Counted from the stretch's first letter, positions 32,492 to 46,300 are shown. The stretch: 57,801 nucleotides of DNA from an uncultured Elusimicrobiales bacterium (GCA_964520045.1 CAZFMJ010000004.1:5131-62931), one strand, 5' to 3'. A program made the numbers and translations. Notes: generated by a model not told the origin, from the letters alone.

Positions 32492-33117
32492 ATTTTTATT
32501 CTGGATTCCGCCGTCCATTGCTGAAGCGTTTGTTCGTCTTTGACCGTATAACTTTCCGGCAGCGGCGACACGGTAATCCTCAAATGTTTCGCCTTTTCCG
32601 ACAATTCGTCAAACTGACGTTTTGACGGCCATGGATACCCCTCGAAAATCTGCGGATAGAAAGCCCCCACCGAAAAAAGATAAATTCCCCCGTCCTGAGA
32701 CTGGCCCGCGGCGATATTGCGCTCGGCGCAGGCGTCAAAAGCTTTGTCGATAATTTCAGGGGAAACCCCGGGAGAAAAAACCGAAAGCACCGCTACTTTT
32801 CCGGCCCCGGCGCTGAACGACCATTTTATCGCGTCCATAAGCCGTTCACCGCACGAAGACTTTATCTTAGGCTCCAGAAACCCCGGGTCATCAGAATGAA
32901 GCCACATAAGATCCGGAAATTTGGGCGTCTTTTCATACACAAGCACCGGATATATCTTTTTAATCCGCCTGATAAGTCCATAAACGCTTTTAGCTATATC
33001 CGTATATATGCGGCAGGCGCGTTCGGGACCGAATATTTCCACGACTGCCGGCTCCAGCCTGTCAGGCTGAGGCGCGTTAAGGAAAAGGATCAAACATCTT
33101 TCTCTTATATTGGACAT
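32488..33117 (-). CDS. DUF2064 / TIGR04282-like GT-A fold protein, divergent
   Basis: GERLMDA, GQSQDGGIYL (compare GPAxDGGYYL), IFEGYPW, LPESYTV. Confidence 0.65.
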   Translation of the reverse strand: MSNIRERCLILFLNAPQPDRLEPAVVEIFGPERACRIYTDIAKSVYGLIRRIKKIYPVLVYEKTPKFPDLMWLHSDDPGFLEPKIKSSCGERLMDAIKWSFSAGAGKVAVLSVFSPGVSPEIIDKAFDACAERNIAAGQSQDGGIYLFSVGAFYPQIFEGYPWPSKRQFDELSEKAKHLRITVSPLPESYTVKDEQTLQQWTAESRIKI

Positions 33118-33128
33118 AAAACAAAGAA

Positions 33129-33230
33129 GGTAGATGGTAAACGGTAGACGGTAAACGAAAGAATGAAGAAAATAAATGGAAGAAAATTTATATCTGTTTT
33201 TGTTTTACCATCTACCGTCTACCGTCTACC
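33129..33230. repeat. Inverted heptamer tandem-repeat pair, GGTAGAC family
   Basis: ggtagat ggtaaac ggtagac ggtaaac ... ttttacc atctacc gtctacc gtctacc. Confidence 0.9.
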
Positions 33231-33231
33231 C

Positions 33232-33269
33232 CAATATGACCCCGCCACACAAGTGGTGGGGTCATATTG
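33232..33269. terminator. 17-bp stem-loop directly after the PorV-like gene (terminator or mRNA-stabilising hairpin)
   Basis: CAATATGACCCCGCCAC-acaa-GTGGTGGGGTCATATTG with one non-Watson-Crick pair; no clear U-tract on the minus strand. Confidence 0.55.
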
Positions 33270-33274
33270 AGTTG

Positions 33275-34228
33275 TTAGAATCTTACGGAAAGGGTATACC
33301 TGAAAGTATTTCCTAGATCTCCGAATGGAACCCATGCGAAATCAACATTAAACTTTGAATACTGCAGTCCGGCTCCGGACGAGATGCCTTTGAGCCCGTC
33401 TATATTCCTGTAATGATTTGTATAGCCGAACCGGAGCGCCCCGCTGAGCTTTTGCATTATTTTACGGCTGTATTCCGCGCCCGCGGCGAAAAACGTATTG
33501 GTATCCCTGTATTTAATAAAATCTATATCGGCCCTGAGCCCCGGCAAAAATGTATATCCCAGTCCCAAAACGCCGCAGACAGGAAGGGGATCCGAACCCT
33601 GATTATATTTAAGTTTGCTTCCGAAATTCCTTATTCCCACCGCGACATCAAGCGGTCTGTCATACAAAGGCCGCATCTGTATGCCGACGTCAAAAGCCGC
33701 TGCTCCCGCGGACACGGCGTCTATTTTTTCCCGCACATATTTAACAGTGCCTCCGATGCCGAAATATTTGGCCATTCTGTAGGAATAACTCAGCGCATAC
33801 GCCATATTTGAAGCGTCGAAAAGACCGGCGGCGAGATCGGTGTCTTCCGTGCGCCTTTCCATTTCCGTTACGGACATATTATAAACGGAAATACCCACCG
33901 CCTGGCGGGAATATCCGTCCTGTTTGTCAAAGGGATAAGCGAATGACATGAACTCATAATTCGTATCCTGAAAATAGGTCACATGCTGGCCAGCGAATTC
34001 AGGAGAAGTCATTTTTGTCAGTCCGGCCGGATTATAATAACCGGAATACACGTCGTCGGCCAGCGCCGAATAAGCGTCCGCCATTCCTCCGGCGCGGGAA
34101 CCCGCGCCGAATTTTAAAAATTGAGCGCCGCTTGTGCCCGCGTAATCGGCAAGGGCGTATGCCGCTCCCTGACATAAACCGGCGGCAAAAACAATAAAAA
34201 CAGCTGTCCTATAAAATTTTGTTTTCAT
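33275..34228 (-). CDS. PorV/PorQ-family (UPF0164, FadL-like) outer membrane beta-barrel
   Basis: Signal peptide; GTSGAQFLKFGAGSRAGGMADAYSALADD...YYNPAGL; alternating beta-strand pattern; C-terminal LSVRF. Confidence 0.85.
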   Translation of the reverse strand: MKTKFYRTAVFIVFAAGLCQGAAYALADYAGTSGAQFLKFGAGSRAGGMADAYSALADDVYSGYYNPAGLTKMTSPEFAGQHVTYFQDTNYEFMSFAYPFDKQDGYSRQAVGISVYNMSVTEMERRTEDTDLAAGLFDASNMAYALSYSYRMAKYFGIGGTVKYVREKIDAVSAGAAAFDVGIQMRPLYDRPLDVAVGIRNFGSKLKYNQGSDPLPVCGVLGLGYTFLPGLRADIDFIKYRDTNTFFAAGAEYSRKIMQKLSGALRFGYTNHYRNIDGLKGISSGAGLQYSKFNVDFAWVPFGDLGNTFRYTLSVRF

Positions 34229-34241
34229 AATTCCCCTTTAC

Positions 34242-34320
34242 GGTAGATAGTAAACGGTAGAAGGCAGACGGAAAAACAAACTGTTTTTTTCTCCGTCTAC
34301 CGTCTCCCATCTACCGTCTT
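34242..34320. repeat. Inverted heptamer tandem-repeat pair, GGTAGAC family
   Basis: ggtagat agtaaac ggtagaa ggcagac ggaaaaa ... ccgtcta ccgtctc ccatcta ccgtctt. Confidence 0.9.
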
Positions 34321-34323
34321 AAT

Positions 34324-37300
34324 TTACTGATACCTGCTGTCCTTTACTACCGCCATCTTGAAGAAATCCTTCTTACCATCGAGCTTAATCTCGCCTATGT
34401 ATACGCCGGAGGCCACAGGCTGGCCCGTCTTATTGACTCCGTTCCAAGCATACACCGTCGTCTGGCCCGCGGTATAGGGGAGCGTATCGTCCCACACAAG
34501 TTCGCCGGCCATGTTGTATATTTTGAGAAGCAGATTGCCGCTCATTCCGGCGGGCACAAAAATCCGTATGCAGGTGCCTCTTGTGACGCACTGCGCGCCG
34601 GCCGTATATCCGCCCATTCCGGCAAGCATATTCGTGCTCTTGGTTTTAAGGCTCAGATTAAACGGATTCGGGAAGTTATAAGCCTTAAATTCCGTTCCGG
34701 TATACGCCACAGTGGAACCAACAACAGGAGCAACTGTAACCAGAGTGGAATAGAACACGGTGTATACGGACATATGGCCGATATTGACGGAGATGGTGTT
34801 ATTGAACGGATCTACCGCCTTGCCGTCCTCTTGTATCTGATACGAACAGGAGGAACAGGGCAGATAATAGACATTGAGCATGTCCGGATTATTGGTGGCG
34901 GTAGATTTAGTCAGGTCATATGAAAGCGTTATCCTTGCCTTTTTCTGCAAAGTATGGCTTATTCCAGCAGGCAGGAAGAAATCATAGAAAGAGCTGAACG
35001 GAGTATAGTTAGTCGCGCTTCCTGCGCCTCCGGCCTGAGCTTTATATCCGCCTCCATCCTGATTTTTAACCGCAAGGATAGCCCCATAAAGTTCCACCGG
35101 CAATCCTTTGGAAGCGGCTATCTTAGCGATATTTTCACCGTCATCGTATTTTGACACGGACACCGTCGTAAACGCGTTTCCGCTGTCTTCGAACCTGCGT
35201 ATGACCACGGTCACGGTGGTATTCACCACCGCATAAGTGCTGCCTTCCAAAGCAAAACTGCCGGCTTCAAATTCGGCGGAAGTATGCTCTGTCTCGGTGG
35301 AAGCGGATTCAAGCTCCACCATGCCTCCGTTCATGTTCGTAATCTTCTCCTGCGCCCCGGCGCTTATGCCGGTATAGAAGTCGAACGTTTTGTATATCAT
35401 GAAATTCGCCCGTTCAAGGCTGTTGGGATCTATTTCATTGATATACGCGGAGGAGATTATTATCTGGAATCTGTTCTCTCCCGCCCCCGGCTTATATGCG
35501 GCCGTCATCTGCTTGCGGTCAAAAGATATTGTTTTTGACCCTAATACGAAACTGCCGGTTCCCGAACTCAATATTATGGCATCGAGATCATTATCCGAAG
35601 GCAGTCTGTTCCTAAGCGCTTTTGAGCAGGTGAATTTAAGCTGGAACTGCGTGGCGCCGGCCAAATCCAAAGTCCTCTTGGTTGTGGCGGCGCAATCGCC
35701 TATCGCCGGCCTGAAAGTAAGAATCTGGCCGGGAACAGAGGCTGTCGATTCAGCCTGAGTGAACCTTACCATCCCCTCCACGGGAAACACTATATCGCCT
35801 CCAAACGGCGGCACAAGCGCCATGACATAAGTTATATCGGGCTTAAATCCGGAGATGGCATACTGATCCACCGTGTTGGATTCGGAATTAACCAGCACTG
35901 TGCCCACGACAAATTCCGTAAATCCGTCATTCGCGGCGACTATCATGCCTATCTCGTTCGCACTGGGCGAAGTCCACCCACCGGGAGCGGTTGTATCCGG
36001 CTTGCGTATCGCGCCTGAAATAGTGGCTCCTTTTTCAAGCACAACAGAGCCGATATCCTTGCTTCCCGCCTGCGTTATGGCGAAAGTGGCGTTAGTAACC
36101 GCATAGTTGAGGCTGACCGCCCTTATGGTATACGTGCCTACGGAAAGACCCAGCACCTCAAATCTTCCGTCAGGGTCGGTTATGGCCTCTATATCGCCCA
36201 TAGGATTATTCTTGGGCAGAGTGCCGTAGGGCTGTATAAACACTGCGGCCACCGGGAATCCCCTCATATCCCCGAACGGATAGGAAAGAGGCCCGCTGTC
36301 TACGGTGACAATCGTTCCCTGCAGATCTCCGCGCATCTGTTCAAGGCTGAAATTGACCTCCGTGGTTTTGGTCAAATCGATAGCACGTTTAACGGTTTCC
36401 TTGTAAACTTCCGTGGAACCGGAAACATTTGCAGTCTGCTCTCTGGGAGCCGCCGTAATATCAAAATACCTGGAAATATAGGTGGATACCCACACGCTGT
36501 ATCTGCCGTCCCTATTGGTCATGGTCTGTATGGTCATGGGATTGACCACATAAGAAGGCTTCGCCAGCATCTTTACATTAGCCAGAGGCGCTCCGCCGTC
36601 GGAATTTACAACAAGCCCGGTAAGCGCCTGACCCTGATTCAGGTCAAAAACCCCGAGGTCCCGTGTTTCTCCGGCGACAGGTTTAATTCCTGTTTTTATA
36701 ACCGGCGAATAGTTCTGGGCGCCCTGCCTCATGTAGCCTATGTCCCAGCTGGTCTGTTCGCATCTGACGTCATAATAGATGTCGGGCAGAACGGGACCTA
36801 TTTTAACGGTTCCGTCATATTCCACCGGCCTGCCTATCCCGTTTACGGTAACGCTGGTTCCGGACAGATAATACCCGCCCTGCACCCATGGATTCGATAT
36901 CGCGTAGCAGGAGAAGTTCGGAGCGAGCAGAGACGCGTTGTTCTGCGCGATTATAGACACTGTGTTCATGTCGCGAAGCTTAAACTTCAGGAACGCGCCC
37001 TGCTTTAATATCACATTCTGATTGCTCAGATTCTGCTGGAGACCTCCGGTTACGGTAACATCCGGGAACTTTATAGGCGAAGCCACGTATTTGACCGTTC
37101 CGCTGGAATCTTTCACATCCCTTACCTGCAGGGTATAGTACCCGCCCCTTTGCAGGCCGGCCATCGAGTAGGCCGCGGAATTGGAAAGAGTATTGGTGAA
37201 CACGTTGCCCAGCATGGCGGCAGTGGAACGCACTACCTGATTACTGTTATTGAGCAGGGTAAGCTGAAGCGACCTTGCGTCCTGAATATCATTGGCTATG

Positions 37301-40300
37301 GAGATATTCCCGCTGACATCAACCCCGTCAAAAAGCGTGAAGTTGACGGCGCCGGTGGAAACGGCCGTTCCGTTTACCATCACGTTACCGGAAAGATAAT
37401 CCGACCTTCTGACGGTTACGATTTTTTCCTGCTTGGGCACGGATACCGCGCATGTCGCGCACAGCTGGAGAGGAAGCGTGCGCAGGGTATATACGCCTTC
37501 CTGCAGGCCTGATACGGTATAAGAGCCTGCCGCGGTGATATATCCTACCCTGGTGCGCATCGGATCATACGTGTCCGACAAAACTATGCCTGTCTGGGTC
37601 ATTTCCCTGCGCACGGCTTCAATCGGTATAACCGTTCCCACGGCATAAGCGGGGTATCCGGCTGCCAGAGTAAAGCTTGAATTCTGAACTATTTTCTGGC
37701 TGGTATTAAAATCCGGATTGCTTATCTGCGTAGCGACGACAGCTCCGGAAACTGCATACGTCTCGTCCCTCAGGTCTACAACGACATTGGTGACCGCGCC
37801 GTTTACCACCTTAAGCTGATAAGTTTTGGAACGGCCTGTCGCCTTGAACGTGAAGATGATCTCCATCGTCTGAGTCTCGAGCCCTTCCACTCTAAAAACA
37901 GCCCGCGAACCATTTATCACAAGTCCGGGAAGTCCTTCGCCTCCGGACGTGCCGGTTATGTCGGCCATATAGATTCCGCTATCCGTCGTCGCGTACGGGT
38001 TGTCTGAATTCAAAATGCGGCCGGTCATGGAAACCTGCTGGAAATCAGCCGCGGTCGTAGGCGCGCCGTTTACTGTTTCCGGCAGATAGATGGTTCCGTT
38101 TATCACGCCCGAAGCCAGCTCAAAAGAGAAATCTCCGGCATTATTTGTGACAGGCACGGGCACAATTTTCGGGAATCCGCCCGGCGTTGAAAATTCGCCG
38201 GGTCCGTTTGATCTTCTGTCCAGATTCGCGAACAATTGATAACTGGAATTGCTCTCCAGACCCGTTATTGTATAAGCGGAACTGGCTATTTGTTCGCTCC
38301 CCGAAACCGTTCCGGTAGACAGATACACTTCAGCCCAGCCGTTACTGAAAGTCGCCGGCGACCAGACATTTATCCATACCTTAAAGGCGCAGCCGTTATG
38401 CTGGCCGTCTATGCACTCAGGCTTGGTATCAAGCAGTTCGAAATTAGACATGGCGGACGCGCTTCCTTTTATCGACACTGTGCCGGTTATCTGCCCGCCC
38501 GTATTAAATTCCGGCAGATCAACTACGCGGTCGGTATATGCGACCACCACGGGAAAGGTGCTCGATACTCCCGAGAAACCCGGGACCTGTCCTCTTATAA
38601 CGTAGGTTCCAGGATCGACTCCGAACAGGTTATACGTGCCTGAGCTTAAATTCGGCTCAAGCCATATTCCGCCCCATGCGCCCTGATTGGAAGACGACAT
38701 GTCCTGCGGCATGGCATTGACCGATATCCACGTGCCGTTGGCATTAAGAGCGCCTGCCGGCAGTTTTACAAGCCCTGAGACATTGGCTTTTCTTGAGAAA
38801 GGAGACAGGTTTACCACAGCTCCGATACTGCCTACGTATGCCGTAGCGCTTACATTTCCGTAGCCGTATAACTGTGCATCCACGGTATATGTTCCGGCTT
38901 CCACGTCAAATCTTATGCGGCTGCGGTACACAATTTGACCCGTTGACGCGTCCCAACTTCCTCCATCGTCGAAATTAGTGGTTCCGCCTATAAGCCGAAG
39001 TCCTCCGTTATATACGCGGTCCCAATTGTCGGTGTGAACATTTATCCAGCCCCATTGGTCGGCCGTATTAGAATTCACTCCCGAAAACGACGGTATGAGT
39101 ATAAGGGCGGGGGCTCCCCTCATTGAAGCATTGCGCGTGGCGCCCGCCGCGTTGACAATAACATTCGTCGAAATACTCGCGTATTCCGGCTTTGTGAACT
39201 GGAAGTTATAAGTTCCGGCGGCAAGCCCCGGTATGGAATAATTTCCGTTGGAATCCGTTACAGTCTGACCCCAGCCGGACGGACCGCTCGCATTTATATT
39301 TACTCCGGCAAGCGGCCTTGAAGGAACAACTCCCGCGTCAAGAACCCGTCCGGAAACCTGCGGAACAGTTACATCTATGCGCAGATCCGTGTTTGAAAGG
39401 CTCCCTACCTCTATTTTCACATAATAGACGCCTGAAGGAACTACCGAACCATAATTAATCCACGGACTGTAGTGTCCGTCCCAGACTACCTGGCCGAGAT
39501 ACGGCTGTCCCCAGCCCCATGATTCCCATATAGCCGTCGTAGTTACGCCCTCGCGGAAAGTTCTTGAAGAAATAATCACATGCCAGCCTATACTCGGATC
39601 GCTGAGCGCAAAGTTTATATACGCGCGGGCATTATCCACAGGATTGATCGTTATCTGCGTTAAGGCGGAATTATAAGTTCCGGTTGAGATATTAGCTCCC
39701 GTAATAGCCTGGCCGGCCATAACCTGCACGCCCATATAGGACGTATTCGCATATCCTAGATTATAGGACAAAGCGATATTATGGAATCCCGCGGTAAGAG
39801 GCCTGACATGGAATGTGGCCGAAGACACTCCGGCGGGAATAGTTATCCCCGTCTGTCCAGCGGCAAGAGCGGCCAAACCAACGTTGCGGGAGAACTGCAT
39901 ATTGGGATCAGCGGCAAACGCTCCTGTCGCGTAGTCATAACTCTGTCCGCTTACGGTGGCTACCGTCACTCCGGCAAAAGGCGCCGGGTTCCAGCACATG
40001 TCCCGTCCCTCCACCACCATAGTTGAGATTGAGTTTGCTGGCAGAGTGATGTTATAGGAATTTTCGCTTCCTGCCATGCGCATTGAAATATTTGCCGCTG
40101 TTCCGGCCACAAGCGCGGATGACGGCTCGCCGTTTACTAAAGGCGCCGGCGTTGAACCGGATTTGGACGTGCCCACATGGAATACCGCAGTTCCGGTTTC
40201 GCACGGAGAATTCAACCCCTTAAGCATTATATAAACGGACGCGCCTTCAGACAGAGACTGGCCCGCCGCAAGACGAATTTCGGCGCCTGAACCGAATGAA

Positions 40301-43300
40301 TTAAGCGCCGCTATAGGCGGATTTACGGCCCCGCCGGTGCTGAACGACACATAGTTACTGCACTGCGGACAGCCTGTCTGCAGACCGCCGTAGAAATTAA
40401 ACGGCAGGCTGAACGCTATCACTCCGTTCTGGCTCAACCCGTTCGGGCCGACCCTTACCGTTATAGTGGAGTCGAACATGCTTCCCGCGGGAATCTGAGC
40501 CGGCAGTATGCTTGCCCAGCCCTCGCCTTTCACGTCTCCGCCCGAAATACCCGGGTCATAAAGCGCGAAATCCACGCCCGAAGCTTCTTCGCCTTCGCTC
40601 ACATACCTGGGCTCAGGCCCCTGATTATTGGGCTGATACGCGCCTTTGGGTTCGTTTGCGTCAGGCATTGCGTTCCCGTTCATATCCAAAAAGGCCTTGA
40701 AGTAATACTGGGAATTGCCGGGAAGCTGCATATCATACGCGGTAGGCCAGTATCCGGTCTCTACGGAACGCACGGCGACGGGATACCCCTGGAATTTGGA
40801 ATCATTCCAGGCTTCCACTCTCAGTGTTCCGGCAAAAGCTCCGGTATACGATATAAATCCGCTTATTACCGCCGGAACAGGCCCCTGCGGAGTTACCGTA
40901 GTCGTATTAATCGCAAACTGCAGACCGGAAATATTCTGGCCGGCTCTGAGCACTATCGGAGTCGGATTATCCAGGCTCGGGCCGTATACTCCGAAATCCT
41001 CGCCGTCATTGATGTTGCCGTCTAAATTAACGTCCATAAAGCCGGCGATATAATAGGTGGACCCCGTGGGTAAACCGGTAAAGTTAAACGGCCCCGATAC
41101 CGTCATATCCGTCCCGCGCAAAGGTTCGGAATTCTTAAGGTCGGTGGTGTTGAACAATCCCACCCTTATCATTCCGCCCTGCGTGCCGTTATACCGTGCG
41201 TCTCCCGCTATGGCTCCGGTTGCCGAACCGGAAGTGTTCAGAGACAAGCGGTATTCTCCGGTTATAGCGCCTCCAAGAGAGGTGGCTCCTATTACGTATT
41301 GGCCGGTTTCTCTGAGCGTGAACGCGGATATGGCCGCATTGCCGGTAACATAGTCAGGCTCAGCCGACGCGGCCAAATTATAATAATGGGGCGTGCCGGT
41401 CTCTTCCGTCGAAGGCCTGTACAGATACAGGTATTTGTCCGAGAAACCCGTGCCTGTCATCTCTATGGTTACTACGTCTCCGTTTCTTCCTTCAAAAGTG
41501 TAATAATCCAGATATGAAGAAGGCCGTTCCGGACTTACGCAGTCCGAAGCAGCCAGACTGCCGACGACCTGAACTCCGGACTGAATCGACGCCCGGTAGC
41601 ATGCTTTAAAATTAACTCCGCTTGCGGGAACGAGCGTGCCCAAGTCAACGGTTTTGCTCTGTCCCCATGCTTCCTGCGGACTATCCGGCCAGTAGTTATC
41701 GTTGGAATCCAGAAACGCCTGCACGAGATAGTTCCCGTCGTCGACATCCGTGAAGGAATAAAAAACCGGCTGCTGAGTGTAATTCTCAGCAATACTGCGT
41801 ATGGGATAGCGCATTACTTCTTTGTCCGCGTTATATCTGAACAATTGAATGCGCACTTTCCCCGCGGTATTCTGGGATAGAACGGAAATGGCGCCGGAAA
41901 TAGCCCTGCTTCCGGTGGAAACCAGCACATAAGCGGGATCGTTTATGTTCCCGTTCTGGTCAAATATCTGATTGAACGCGGGGCTTATGTTTATTCCCGC
42001 GCTGTTTCCGATTATACCGTAAGCCTCAAAAGACCCGTCATAAATCCCGTTTGCGCTGGTATCCATGTATGCGTCAAGATAATACATTCCGCCGCTTAGA
42101 TTTAAGAATTCATACGAACACGAAGAACCGGCGGGGCATGTATTAAAGGTCCTCACAGGCGCTCCAGTGCGCCCGGCATTATCAAACATCCTTACGATAA
42201 TACTGCCTGCCTGCTGACCGCTGTAAGACACCAATCCGCTTATCCTTCCGATGTTCTCCACGCCTATAAACTGGCCCGGATCGAACATATTCAGCTGTAC
42301 GCCGGCGGTAGGAAGACCTTCGGCAACCGTATAAGAAGTATCCGACCATGCATTAGGCTCGCCCTGGTCATGATTGCCGGAATTGTTAGTATCCATGAAC
42401 GCGTATAGATGATAGCTCGTTGACGCGCCCATGAAATTCAATGTGAACGGATAACTGGCCACGCCCTGCGCCCAGTTAATCTGAGTCCTGTTTCCGCACC
42501 CGTTGCCCTGGCAGTTTTCAACCCATGCCTCCACGCGCACGGCGCCGTAATTGGTATTGCTGTTTGAATAATAAATCGTTCCGCTCAGGCTTCCCTTGGC
42601 AGGTTCCTGAACCGTGACATTGGCGGCCGCATTTGAAGACACTGGTATATACAGCGGCGCGAACTCCCCGCCTGTTCCGTAAAATCCAAGAGGCTCGCCG
42701 AGAGTCATATCGTCGGGCAGGCCGTTGCCGTTCAAATCCAGAAATGCCGCCATATAATACGTGGCGTTGCCCAATATATTGGTTTTTGAATAATACCATG
42801 ACGCCGTACCGCCCGAGACAGACCGGCTTGAACTGGTGGTCCAATAAGGAACATTATCGAATTCATCATCCAATGCCCAGCCTATCCAGACGGTTCCCGT
42901 TGATACGGAGCCGGCTGAAGGCGTGTAATGCACATAGCCCGAAATATTGGAATTGCCGGTCGTTCCGGTGCCCGGATCTCTTAACAGAAGATTAACTCCG
43001 GTTGCGGTGCTTCCGGCAATTATATTTATCGTGCCGGATGAAACATATGGTTCAAGAACGTCTTTCTCGTTATTGCTGTTCAAGTCCATATACGCCCGGA
43101 TGTAATACTGAGTCGCCGGTTCCAACAGCGTCAGCGTATACGCGGCGGTCGTGCTTCTGTCCACGCTGTACAGATAAGTAAATTTCTTTATATCCAAGTC
43201 GCGCGTTCCGCAGTCCGGACAGTCAGACCTCACTTTTCCGGCTTCTATCCGTATATTGCCGGTCTTTGAGCCTGTATAACTCAGCGTGCCGGACACCGCC

Positions 43301-46300
43301 CCCATGGGCGGATCCGTCATGATAATATTCAGTGAATCGGTAGTAAGTCCGCCGGACACATTAAATGCCGCCGGAGCCGAACTTCCGTGATAGCCGTAGG
43401 GCTCAAAAGCGTCGCGCATACTGTTGTTATTTATATCCCAGTAGGCCTTAAGGTAGAAATTTCCGTCCTGCAGTCCCTCGATCTCAAAAGTTCCGGTTGA
43501 CGAAGCAGTAACGAACCGCATCGGCCATGCATACGGGTCCAGATTATTAAACACCTGCACATAAACCTGCCCCTGATTAGCATAAGGAGACCCGAGATAT
43601 CCCACGGTTCCGGACACCATTCCGTTATATCCGCCGGTTATATTCATAGCCACTTCCACGTCTCCGGAACTGGCGGGCGAGAATGAAGTGGGCTCAAGAA
43701 GATAAATTCCCTCTTCCTGAACGGTGTAATTTATTCTCGCATTCCCGTTTCCGTTCGAATCGTCGTCCTGCGTAACCACATCGCCGGACGGACCTATCAG
43801 ATAAAGATACGAATCGCTGAATCCGCCGTTTACGGCATTGGCCGTGATGTTCAATTGAGAACCCGGCGTGACCTTTCCGGCTCCGTATCCTACTTCAAAC
43901 GTAAATATTCTGGTGTAATAGTCGGGTCCGCGGTCAAGAGCCCGGCAGGCGGCCTCTGAAATCGCCGTCACCGTGCTTACGCCCACGGCAAGAGGAACTC
44001 TGTTGCAAACGATCAAATCCTTGCCGGTTATGGTATTCCCCTGAGTTACATAGAGGTCGAACGGCCGGGCTATTCCGCCGTGCGTGCCGGAAGGCTCGTT
44101 TCTTCTGCTCTGCGTGAAGTCCCCGTTCACGTCGCGGTACCCGCGCATATAATACACGCCGTCCGATAATCCCGTCACGGTATAGGTATTAGGCGAAGTG
44201 GAAACTATAATATCCGCGATGCTGGAAATATTCGCATCGGGGCTGGTCGACACCCTCACATGGTATGAACCCTGAGAAGCCGTGTCATAGGCATGAACAA
44301 TACCCGTTATGCTTCCTCCCGAAGTTGCGCGGACAGAAGCGGGAGACGTCCATGAACTGACATTCATTCCCCAGTCAAGAGTGCGCATCCTGTAATAGGA
44401 ATATACTCCGGTCACCGGATTATTGTCGGTATATGCCGTACCCGTCGCGTATCCCGCGGGAGCCGAAGAAGAAATTCTCATTACATTGCCGGCAAACGTA
44501 TTTGAAGTGCTCCGCTCTATTTCATAGCCGAGCGCATCGCCGGAAACCGAAGCGGTCCATGAAAGATTGACCGTCATAAATCCGGCTGACGCCGTAAGCA
44601 ATGTGGGCATTTTGGGAGCTATTGTATCCCGCATTAAGGATATATTTTTGCCTGCCATTGCGCCGGTTACATTAATTGGATTTGCGGCAACGCCGGAATC
44701 CTCATTGGTTGTCTTGATGCCGTCGCCCGTGACATCAACAAACGCTCTCACATAATAGTTGACGCCATTAGTCAAATCTCCAAGATAATACTCATTCCCG
44801 CCCTGCAGGGATATTGATTTAACCAGCCCTGTAAAATCGGCGCCGGTGAACGCCCGCACTATTATCGGACCACTCTGCTGTCCGCTGTAAATTATGGCGC
44901 CCGCTATTGAATATCCCGCCCCCATGAGGGTAACGGTTGAGGCGGACATCGGATCGCTGAAGCCGGAAGCTATATTGGCGGCGTTAAAAGTTCTGGCCCT
45001 GTAATAATATGCCGCCGAGGGCGAAAGTCCCTCGTCCAAATAGCCTGCCACCGGCGCTGTGCCTGCCAGCACGGTGACGAATCCTCCTGAAGACGAAGTG
45101 CTTCTCTGAATTCCGTATCTCGTGCCCGCCGAATTGCCGGAAATACTGAGATTTATGCCTATTGAAGATTCCGTCCTCGAAACTATTTCCACGGAAGGAA
45201 TGACCGCCAGAGTATAAACCGGCTGGGGAACAAATACGGCATTGCTGTCGCCGTAGCTATTGGCCGATTTTATCCCCCGTATTGCGCCCGCGGTATTGCC
45301 TGTTCCGATGTCTTCAAGGTAATAGGTCGTATTTGCGGGCAGACTTGTTATAAAACCTCCGGTGCTGTCAAGGAGTTTATATCCGGTTTCGCTTAACACA
45401 TCCTGCCATGTCCACCTTATCTGAGAGACGTCCTCGGCGACTCCGGTAAGTGACGGAGGAGGCGGAGGAACAAGCGTTTCCTGAATGGACATATTGGCAA
45501 ATGTTACCGCATTAGCCGAAACAGACAAATTAAGCTGGCTTACTCCGAATTTCTCGCCGGCGTCAAATTGCCTGTTTTTGTTGTCGTCCACATATGCAAA
45601 GACCGCATAATCGCTTCCGGGGCTGAGAGTGCCAAGGCTGTATTCAAGCTGATTCGCGCATCCGGTCCAGCCGCACATCTCTACGTAGTACTCCTTCCAG
45701 TTTTCTCTGACGGAAGACAGTCCGCCCGGCGCTCCGTGCCACACTTCCACGCCGACCTCTCCATGCAGCTGCCCGAGAGCCAGCGTTCCGTTGATCTGCC
45801 CCATGTCATAAAGCGTAATGGACGGCACATTAACTGTCGCGGCGGAAGCCACGGCCACCTGAACGGCATTTGCGCCGATCTGAGATAAAGGACCCGGATT
45901 TCCAAAATATCCCAAAGGCTCGGGACCGTCCGGCTCTCCATTGTTGTTAAAATCTATAAATACCGCCATATAATATTGGTCGGGACCCGGCACGTTGGGA
46001 AGACTGAATGTTCCCACTGCTGAATATGGTTCTCCTGCTGCCGAACACGTAGAGGTGTATACCGGCTGTGATTCAAAGCTCTTAAACAATACGGCGGTCA
46101 CAACGCCCTGCGTTTGAGCGCCGGAATAAGACAGCGTTGAATTTATGGTTCCGGCTCCGGGATTTACCCTGAAATCAATTCCTGCGCGCACGGCTCCGGG
46201 CTCAAGCCACAAGTCTCCGGGGTATCCTCCCATCTGCGCTTCGTCGCTGGAAACATGCGCGAATATCATTGAGGAGCGCTGGCCTGGTATTCCGGAAAAC

